64,000 nucleotides of DNA. Origin: a bacterium. GTDB lineage: Bacteria > Bdellovibrionota > UBA2428. A model generated the notes under the pieces. The model searched no databases, was not told the DNA's origin, and was given only the letters and a program-made list of their open reading frames with translations. Below, piece after piece: positions 37,515-45,360 of the stretch. The position numbers and the translations under genes are program-made. The DNA is taken from the NCBI GenBank assembly GCA_009991595.1, contig JAACVK010000028.1, forward strand, positions 4,137-68,136, in the 5' to 3' direction. Positions within the stretch are counted from its first letter, which is position 1, and each line of letters starts with the position of its first letter.

Positions 37515-38713
37515 CAAAAAAAGCTACAGCCACTAAAAAGAAGGCTGAAGCAGCTGCCAAGCCCGCTAGCTCATCTAAAAAAGTTGCAACGAAGAAAAAG
37601 GCTACAAAAAAGAAGAGTAGCCCTTTAGGATCTTTCGGTAGGTCCGCCAAGGCTACTTCAAAACTTTCGGGAATGTCCGGCATAGGGTTGGACTTCATTG
37701 GTCGATTTCCCGTTCGACAAAAGAACTCTGAAAAAAAGAATGATCAGAAAAAGCAGAACGTTGGCCCTGTTTTTCCACAAGGCGAATACCAAATCGCTTG
37801 TCGCAAGGATTCGTTGTCAGAAGCTCTGTTGCATGAATTTGTTGCAGTCTTCAAATCGAAGCACACCAAAGATAAATTACATAAAAAAGAAATTCCGCCT
37901 TCTAACAAAGAACCATTTATTAGCCTAGAAGAAAGCCCTAGCTACCTTCATAGACATGTTTATACTAGAGCGGCTTTTGATTCTCTTAAAGACAAAGAAT
38001 TCGACATGTTGGTCATCAACATGAAGCAAGTTCCGTTACAACTCCCAAAAGAGTTGACCATCGCCGCGTGTCTTCCTCGAGAAGACCCTAGAGATGCGAT
38101 GGTAACCACGGGAACCTATGGTGCAATTCAAGAACTTCCTACCAATGCCCGCATTGGCGCAAATTCGCGCAGAAGATTGATGCAAATCAAAGCCTTGCGC
38201 CCAGACATCGAAATCATCGAAGTGCGCGGAGATGCCGATGAACGAATTCGACAGCTAAAAGCCAAAGACCTATCTGCTGTTATGCTCGCATGGGCAACTC
38301 TACGACGTTTGAATATTTCTCCACGTTACTACGTGGCTCTTCAACCCGAGCAAATGCTTTCAGCCGGATGCCAAGGCATTGCGGGAATTATTTGCAGAAG
38401 CTCTGACAAAGAACTGATCGAGAAACTAAACTATGTTGACGACTCAGAAGCCTCATGGGCAAGTCGTTGTGAGCGTGCTTTCTTGCAAAAGTTCGGTGAA
38501 TTCGGAGACATCCCCGTGGGCGCCAATGCTCACCGCAAAGGCACTCAAGATCCTTGGATTTTGGACGCAGTTATTGGTGATGCTGAATCCGGAGAAGTTC
38601 TTCAACATCGAGAAATTGGAACAAGTCGCTGTAAGCCTGAATCGCTGGCCGACAAGGCTTATGTCGGAGTGCTTGCTAAGGGTGCCAGAAAATTTTTACC
38701 GTTTAACTTTTAA
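37442..38713 (+). CDS. hydroxymethylbilane synthase (HemC)-like protein, apparently catalytically degenerate, with ~110-aa Lys/Ala-rich (histone H1-like) N-terminal tail
   Basis: Residues about 116-423 align along the whole HemC fold: [12 protein letters not shown] ~ [64 protein letters not shown] ~ [70 protein letters not shown] ~ AERAMNTRLEGGCQVPIG. Confidence 0.6.
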   Translation: [423 protein letters not shown]

Positions 38714-39729
38714 ACGAGAAAATCTTCTGTCCAACTAGACACAGTTTCAACCCAACGAGGGTGGGAATTAAGCGAGGGAACAAGGAGCAGCTCTTTGCCA
38801 CCCGCTTTTATAAAATCTTCCTTGCCACGCATACCAAGCTCTTCGATTGTTTCCAGGCAATCTGCAACGAAGCTTGGTGAAAAAATCGCTAAACGCCTTA
38901 CCCCTTTTTCGGCCAATTTCACCAATTCAATATCTGTGAACGGTTTAATCCAAGGGTCTTTGCCTAAACGCGATTGAAAGGCCATGCTTCGCTTTTCCGG
39001 AGGTAAGCTAAGAGCCGAAGAAATCAACTCAGTATTAACCCAACAATGATGCTTGTAGCAGTTTCGGTTAGCTTCACAAGGAATTTGACAACAATCGGGT
39101 TTACTCAAGCAATAGCTCTTACTTGGATCAGTGTATTTTAGATGTCTTTCAGGAATGCCATGATAACTAAATAGATAGTGATCAAAGACTTCGTGTTTAA
39201 GAAGTTCTTCTTTATAAATATCGGCCGCACATTGAATATAATCAGGATCCTTGTAGAAAGCAGGTGTGAAGCTAAGCTTGCCTTTATACTTAAATTTCTT
39301 TAACAGACGCTTACACTCTTCTTCAGTAGAAGTGGTGGAGGCCCAGGCGTATTGTGGATACAAAGGCATCACCAAAAGATCATCCACCCCACGATCAATC
39401 ATTTTCTTAAGAGTTATATCCAGAGACGGTTGACCATAGCGCATAGCAAATTCAACAATGCCATCCTGAATCTTAGCTCGCACCTGCTTTGTAAGTTCGC
39501 GTGTAGAGCTGACTAACGGGGAGCCATCCTTAGTCCAAATCTGTTCATAAGCTTCGGCGGACTCGAACTTGCGCTTAGGAACAATCAACCAATTCACTAA
39601 AATATAGCGCAAAGGATAGATGGCATCGATCACATAGGGATCCATTAAAAATTGTTTTAGGTAGGGGTCAACCGCTTCAGGAGTTGCATCATCAGGACTA
39701 CCTAAATTTGAAATCAAAACACCTTTCAT
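38710..39729 (-). CDS. hemH: ferrochelatase
   Basis: 339 aa. MKGVLISNLGSPD N-terminus, internal YQIWTKDGSPL, HGIPERH-type motifs. Confidence 0.85.
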   Translation of the reverse strand: MKGVLISNLGSPDDATPEAVDPYLKQFLMDPYVIDAIYPLRYILVNWLIVPKRKFESAEAYEQIWTKDGSPLVSSTRELTKQVRAKIQDGIVEFAMRYGQPSLDITLKKMIDRGVDDLLVMPLYPQYAWASTTSTEEECKRLLKKFKYKGKLSFTPAFYKDPDYIQCAADIYKEELLKHEVFDHYLFSYHGIPERHLKYTDPSKSYCLSKPDCCQIPCEANRNCYKHHCWVNTELISSALSLPPEKRSMAFQSRLGKDPWIKPFTDIELVKLAEKGVRRLAIFSPSFVADCLETIEELGMRGKEDFIKAGGKELLLVPSLNSHPRWVETVSSWTEDFLV

Positions 39730-39732
39730 CTA

Positions 39733-41079
39733 CTACACTATCTCCTTCGCTACTTCTCGCGATTTTTCTAGCAAATCCGAAAGTCCAATTCTTCCGAGGT
39801 AATTCCCCACAAGATAAACTTTTTTTTGTTTAAATTTAGACTGAAAGGAAGACTCTCTTAGATACTTTTCCAACTCAACTGAATAATACGGAAGAGCCTG
39901 AGGCCAGGTTTGAACTCTGAGGTCTCGAAAGACAAGCTCTTTTCCATACAAAGCCCTTTGTGATTCCTTAATCCAGCTTTCCAAAGAGTCCTTAGAGTGA
40001 TTCACTCCAGAAAAAATCCACGTTTCAGAGCGCAGAGAGCTTCGATTCTCAAAAATATCAGAGTTGAAAAGAACCCCGAGAGGAGTGATTCCTTCTTCTC
40101 GCGCAAAAAGCACTCCAAAGCCATGAATCTGTTTTGGGTCTGTCTCACAAAAAGTCGTCACGGATGTTAAAGGCAACATTTCCGAAACATTGAGCAAAGC
40201 TCTACTCTCGCATGGAAATTGTTTATTAAGCAAGCTAGCAGCACAAGAAGCTGAAGACGCAATCAAGACAACATCAAAATCCTTCTGCAAGCGTAAAAGA
40301 TTTTCAGAATCCATCGCCTGTCCAAAATGAAGAACAACTCCACTTTTCTTGAGAAAGGCCTCCATTCCCTTTATCCATTCGCCCATACCCTTTTTAGGAG
40401 CCACACTTTGGCGCTTAACGGCGCTTTTCTTTCTAGACTTATCAAACAAGCGTGACAAAACTAAACTTGCACTTAGACGCTCAGAGCTTCCCGCATAAAT
40501 GCCTTGGATCGCGGGTGCTATCAACTTTAAACTAACTGCTGCGCCTAAAGCTCGAATGGCCCATTCAGACAAAGTTTCACCAGCTAAAGGTTTTTTATTC
40601 TTCACCAAGGGAAGAATAAAAATCATTTTAAGAGTTTCCCATAGGGATAATGGCCAACGTTGAGCCTTCTTATCTACATAGATGTAGCGTCTTTTGCTTT
40701 CTCTCAAAGCAGAATGAAGCCTAACCCCAATATCCCGTGAAATTTCCTGTAAAAGTTCAGTATCGACAAAAGCATTGGCGGCCGTCTCTACAAGACCTTT
40801 GGGAGTTTCTATTGTAGAAATTAGACCACCAGACGTTGGACGACGTTCGAAGACTTCGACCTGACAACCAAATTTGGACAAAAAGTAAGCAGAACTCAAT
40901 CCCGATATTCCAGCCCCAACAATGGCTACTTTTTTACTTGGTGCCTTCACTGGATTAACTATACTTTTGCCTAACTCTTTGAACAAAATAACGAACGTGT
41001 TCCTGAGGAGTTTTAGGCAAGACTCCGTGCCCCAATCCACAAACCCAGCGTGAGCGTTGGACGGAGTTGAGCTGATCAA
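39733..41079 (-). CDS. hemY: protoporphyrinogen/coproporphyrinogen oxidase, HemY (FAD amine-oxidase) family
   Basis: FAD dinucleotide motif KKVAIVGAGISGLSSAYFL about 50 aa into the track ORF. The ORF overlaps hemE by about 125 bp, so the real start is probably near GTG about 40948 (protein about 405 aa). Confidence 0.75.
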   Translation of the reverse strand: MISSTPSNAHAGFVDWGTESCLKLLRNTFVILFKELGKSIVNPVKAPSKKVAIVGAGISGLSSAYFLSKFGCQVEVFERRPTSGGLISTIETPKGLVETAANAFVDTELLQEISRDIGVRLHSALRESKRRYIYVDKKAQRWPLSLWETLKMIFILPLVKNKKPLAGETLSEWAIRALGAAVSLKLIAPAIQGIYAGSSERLSASLVLSRLFDKSRKKSAVKRQSVAPKKGMGEWIKGMEAFLKKSGVVLHFGQAMDSENLLRLQKDFDVVLIASSASCAASLLNKQFPCESRALLNVSEMLPLTSVTTFCETDPKQIHGFGVLFAREEGITPLGVLFNSDIFENRSSLRSETWIFSGVNHSKDSLESWIKESQRALYGKELVFRDLRVQTWPQALPYYSVELEKYLRESSFQSKFKQKKVYLVGNYLGRIGLSDLLEKSREVAKEIV

Positions 41080-41974
41080 AATCTTTTAAGTAGTCGTCTA
41101 AGGTAGCTTTGAATCCAGCTTCCGGAAGAAAGAGCATGCACTGGTCAAAATTTCCTTGAACAAATCCAAATCGCTCCTCTTTAAGCAGGTCGATTACGTT
41201 CCACCTATGATCCACGCCAACGCCTGCGAATAGCTCACTAAAACAAGGATCGGAAATATGTTCTCTGTGAGTAGCCTTACCGTAATATCCGAGTTTCCCT
41301 GGATACTGGGCCGCTAATCTCTTAAGATGAGGAACACACCACTTGTTAAACTCTCTAGCTGACAACTCACCAGCAGCCGTGTCGAAGATCATGACAAGCT
41401 CTGCTCCTCCGTCCAGTTGCAACTTAATGTTCGAGATTAACAATTCAGTCATAACCTCAGCGAAACTTGCATATAAATCAGGTTGTCTCTTGGCCTCTAC
41501 CAACGACCCCGCGTGAGAGCCCTCAACAGCATAACAATACAGGGTCCACGGTCCGCCCACAAAGCCAATCAAGCTCTTGTTATCGGGCAACACCTTTCGG
41601 GTAGCTTCAACAGCCGCTTTTTGAAACTTCAAAAACTCAAGAGCTTCAGAAACAGGGCGCAGCTGGGAAAGCAAGGATCGATCAAGCTTTTTATCTAATT
41701 TGGGCCCCGGCGAATACTCCAGTCCAACACCCAATGCTTCAAGAGGAAACAAAAGATCGGAGAATAAGATCGAAACATCAAAATCGAAGTCTGCGACTGG
41801 ACCAAGAGCTACTTCGGCCGCAAGATTGGGGTCTTTGCAAAGCTCCATAAAATCGTGTGATTTTTTTAAATTTTGGTAATGATCGTGGTAACGCCCGGCT
41901 TGCCTCATAAACCAAACAGGAGGACTTTTATGGTCATACTTTCGATTAATGATAGAAGAAAATTTTGAGTTCAC
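40955..41974 (-). CDS. hemE: uroporphyrinogen decarboxylase
   Basis: 339 aa. PVWFMRQAGRY signature near the N-terminus. Confidence 0.9.
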   Translation of the reverse strand: MNSKFSSIINRKYDHKSPPVWFMRQAGRYHDHYQNLKKSHDFMELCKDPNLAAEVALGPVADFDFDVSILFSDLLFPLEALGVGLEYSPGPKLDKKLDRSLLSQLRPVSEALEFLKFQKAAVEATRKVLPDNKSLIGFVGGPWTLYCYAVEGSHAGSLVEAKRQPDLYASFAEVMTELLISNIKLQLDGGAELVMIFDTAAGELSAREFNKWCVPHLKRLAAQYPGKLGYYGKATHREHISDPCFSELFAGVGVDHRWNVIDLLKEERFGFVQGNFDQCMLFLPEAGFKATLDDYLKDFDQLNSVQRSRWVCGLGHGVLPKTPQEHVRYFVQRVRQKYS

Positions 41975-42061
41975 TCCTTGCTTTTAGCCAAGGGGAGCCG
42001 CCCTGCCAATGCTCTTTTTCAAGGAAATAGGGAAAGCTTCCGTGCTTAATCCTATTTTAAA

Positions 42062-43627
42062 CTACTTAGAGAGAAGAAATTCCCCCAAAAGCTCGGGATC
42101 AAAGACGCCATGGGCATAATCTGTTGGGGCCCACTTGATTGGGGCTCCTAACTGTTCTGCTGTGGCTGCAAATTTCTCACTATTGGTATAGAAAGCAAAG
42201 TCATCGACTGTTCCCGTTGTAAGAAGAAAAGGGACACTATCAGGATTCAGCTTAGATTTTGCGACATTTAAGGGATTGGACTGTTCCCAATGAAACTGAG
42301 TAGGGAACTCTTGTTTTACTAAGTCATGAGCAACCTTTGCTAAGAGTACATTATTCTTGTGCTCATCGGATGCAACACACATATAAATGTAATCATCTGG
42401 TAACCATGGATTACAAAGTGGAATCATAGGTGCAATAATAGCTGCTTTGTCCCATAAACCCGGCCGTTGCATCATGATGGTCAGGGCGTTAAATCCACCC
42501 ATCGATACGCCCATCAGCAATCTTCTTCCCATAATCTCTCCGCCAAAATGTTCAGCCTCAATCGCAGGAATTGCTCCATCGGCAATTTGGACTAAATTCG
42601 CAAGATCCCCATCAGCACTTTCATGCGCTCTCAACATCCAGAGTGTGTCTAAAGAAATACCAACCACTGCAGGAGCATCATAGCCTTTTTCGCTCCAATA
42701 CAAGCGAAGTTTGCGCCGCATTTCGGCATTAGATCCCTCCGTCCAATCCTTATCTCCACCAAATGCCCCGTGAAAATAGTAAAGAACGTCCTTTGATCGA
42801 CTATCAGGTGTTTTGGTAATGCAGTAACTGTAACTCAACTCTTCAACTGTGGAATCAAAGCAATCTTGCTTCCACACCACATCTTTATCGTTTTCTGCAA
42901 TCGTTAGTACAAACTCACTTTTTGCACCCAACACTGCACCATCCACATCTACAAGGTGCAAAACAACACTTTCTGCTGGCTCATAAAGCTCATCATCTTC
43001 TATATCGACAATGGCTACGACAGAGCTTTCTCCTCTACGAACTTGAAGAGTGTCATCCTTTATTCGATAATCATCTCGATCTGTAGCACTACCTTCAACC
43101 GAAAGTTCAAAACGAACATTCTCAGAAGCTGGCCTATCCAGCTTGATAAGAATCTCTACTTCCTTTTTTTCTTCGCTTACCTCTAAAGCGGAGGATTGAA
43201 ACTCCAAGACGGCAGGGGAACCTTCATCGTCTAGAATTTCAACTTCATGTTGACTATTCTCACCCACCTCAAACCCTTCATCGGGCAGTAATTGAATAAT
43301 TAAATTTTCCGTACCTTCAGCGTATCTATCATCTCGAGGTCTCAATTCTAACTCCGCGCGAGTTTCACCGCGGCGAACACGAATTCGATTTCTGCTATTC
43401 AAGCGATAGTCTCGGCTAGAAGCACTACCAAAGACCTGAAATGGTATATTAATAGATTTTTCCGTTGCTTCGCTAAGCTCGACAACAATTATCAATTCGT
43501 CCCTTGAGCCCTCAAAAACACTGCTCCTTTGTTCTTGAAATGAAACGGTCATTGCATTTGTGGAGGCACAACAAAGAACTGCCCCTAAAAGCAGGGCTAA
43601 GTTTTTCTTTGAATTATATTTTTTCAC
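42062..43627 (-). CDS. secreted protein with two N-terminal Calx-beta-like repeats fused to an alpha/beta-hydrolase (esterase D-like) domain
   Basis: Signal peptide. Two repeats of about 100 aa rich in D/E/R with motifs RDYRL...VRRGE and RDDYRI...VRRGE. C-terminal GVSMGGFNA (GxSxG) nucleophile elbow. Confidence 0.6.
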   Translation of the reverse strand: MKKYNSKKNLALLLGAVLCCASTNAMTVSFQEQRSSVFEGSRDELIIVVELSEATEKSINIPFQVFGSASSRDYRLNSRNRIRVRRGETRAELELRPRDDRYAEGTENLIIQLLPDEGFEVGENSQHEVEILDDEGSPAVLEFQSSALEVSEEKKEVEILIKLDRPASENVRFELSVEGSATDRDDYRIKDDTLQVRRGESSVVAIVDIEDDELYEPAESVVLHLVDVDGAVLGAKSEFVLTIAENDKDVVWKQDCFDSTVEELSYSYCITKTPDSRSKDVLYYFHGAFGGDKDWTEGSNAEMRRKLRLYWSEKGYDAPAVVGISLDTLWMLRAHESADGDLANLVQIADGAIPAIEAEHFGGEIMGRRLLMGVSMGGFNALTIMMQRPGLWDKAAIIAPMIPLCNPWLPDDYIYMCVASDEHKNNVLLAKVAHDLVKQEFPTQFHWEQSNPLNVAKSKLNPDSVPFLLTTGTVDDFAFYTNSEKFAATAEQLGAPIKWAPTDYAHGVFDPELLGEFLLSK

Positions 43628-43878
43628 TCTATTCTCCCCTGAGATACTTGTTGTTAAAAGTCAGAGCTATTGAATCAGGAGAAATACATACAGAAACAAT
43701 CAAAAAAGCTCTCGTTATAAGACCGCTTACATGAACTGTTGGCAAGAAAGTTTTACTCTTTCACTTGTACCGGAAAAACTTGAGTTCACACATTAAAGTT
43801 ATGTGAAACACGACAAAAGACACGGGCAAAAGTTGGATATTACAAGAAGATCTAGAGAAGAATTAAAGTTCCAAGAAG

Positions 43879-45360
43879 CTAGACTAGAGCCTTTAGAAAG
43901 AGTTCCTTTGTAGGGAAGGCTAAGGGAGCGACTTCGGTCTCCTCTTCGATTAGCCTTGCAGTATGACCCAAGCCACAAGCATGTAACTTAGTCTTTAGCT
44001 CAGGAAAACACTCCAAACTCCGTTTAAATTGTGAAAAGCTTTTCCAGTAGAACAGTTCAAAGCCTTGAAAATCCTCATATCTCAACGTTAAATTCTCAAG
44101 CTTGTAGGTCGCAAGAAACTCTTTATCCTTAGAAATCGCCCCATCTACATGAGACAACTTGGTCCAAACAATTGGACGCCCTATAAAGGATAGTGGGTCG
44201 TCCTGATCTTCTCCGAAAGATTCGCTACATCCATTAACAAAGAACCCTCGATCAACTAACTTCTTCCAACTATCCAAGCCAGCAGTCCAAAGAAGGCGAT
44301 GCCTCGGCTCTGTGTAGGTGACAGGCAGAGCATCAGCTTTCGCGACCCAAAGAGCATCTAACTGTTTAGGCCATTGAACAGAAATTTCTTCTCGTTTGAA
44401 AAACGAGATCCCCTCAGCACTCCACACCTTATCAACAGAAACTTTTGGAAGCGGTCGAAAGCTCTCAAAAAACTCGTCGTTCAACAAAACTCCCGCCTCT
44501 GTCTTTCCACAACAACGAATCCAAACACCAGAAGGTGTAGACCTAACACTGACTCCAATCTTTTGGTGACAACCACCACCATGATACTTCAGTATTTTAC
44601 GCTCTTCCTGAACGTCTGAAAAAGTCTTCTCACAATGAATCTCCATCAGGAGGTCTCTCATTCTCTGATCATTCTTACGAATTTCTATTGCCAGAGCTCC
44701 TTGAGCCGCTGCGTTTGGGTTTTCTCGTAAAGGCACGACAATGAAGTTTAAACTCTTAAAGGACTCCAATAGTTGCTTTTTAGTTTTTTCAAACTCGATC
44801 TCAGATCTAGTCACTAAGCGATCGAGAGCTGCTTTTGCCACGACAAGTGCACTTGCATCCTTTGATTCAATTAACTTTTGGACTCGGGTCGGAACGTTGC
44901 CACGGATATCTAAAAATTCGACGTGCTTAGGTTTAGAGGGCAAAAATTCTTTGAGGAAAGGATCTAAATTGAAAGCTCTCCGCGGAGAAGAAGAGAATAC
45001 CTTCAGTTCGGCAGATGGTTGATCGAGCCATTCCTTTTTTATCAAGATTAAATCTCGTGGGTCAGCGCGCTGAGTTGTTGCAACTACTTCGGTTTGTTCT
45101 GCCAACTCTGTTGGCAAATCCTTCCAAGAGTGAACGACCAAATCACACTCGCCATTGACTAGATCCTTAGTCAAGTCTTGGGTGAAAACCCCTTTCTCTG
45201 GCATTTTCCAAAGTGGGTCGTGGAGGTTGATATCGCCAAGCGATTTCTTGAACAAAAATTCCACTCCCAAATGAGGGTGGGCGGTTAACAGACAATCCCT
45301 CACATGCATCGCTTGCACGCGGGCTAAATCACTTCTCCTGGCTCCAATTCGTATTTTCAT
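43879..45360 (-). CDS. hemC: hydroxymethylbilane synthase with ~180-aa C-terminal extension (possibly truncated uroporphyrinogen-III synthase-like)
   Basis: N-terminal ~310 aa carry the catalytic Asp (HSWKDLP), RGNVPTRVQKL and the cofactor cysteine (GGGCHQKIG). The C-terminal ~180 aa carry no motif I can assign. Confidence 0.8.
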   Translation of the reverse strand: MKIRIGARRSDLARVQAMHVRDCLLTAHPHLGVEFLFKKSLGDINLHDPLWKMPEKGVFTQDLTKDLVNGECDLVVHSWKDLPTELAEQTEVVATTQRADPRDLILIKKEWLDQPSAELKVFSSSPRRAFNLDPFLKEFLPSKPKHVEFLDIRGNVPTRVQKLIESKDASALVVAKAALDRLVTRSEIEFEKTKKQLLESFKSLNFIVVPLRENPNAAAQGALAIEIRKNDQRMRDLLMEIHCEKTFSDVQEERKILKYHGGGCHQKIGVSVRSTPSGVWIRCCGKTEAGVLLNDEFFESFRPLPKVSVDKVWSAEGISFFKREEISVQWPKQLDALWVAKADALPVTYTEPRHRLLWTAGLDSWKKLVDRGFFVNGCSESFGEDQDDPLSFIGRPIVWTKLSHVDGAISKDKEFLATYKLENLTLRYEDFQGFELFYWKSFSQFKRSLECFPELKTKLHACGLGHTARLIEEETEVAPLAFPTKELFLKALV

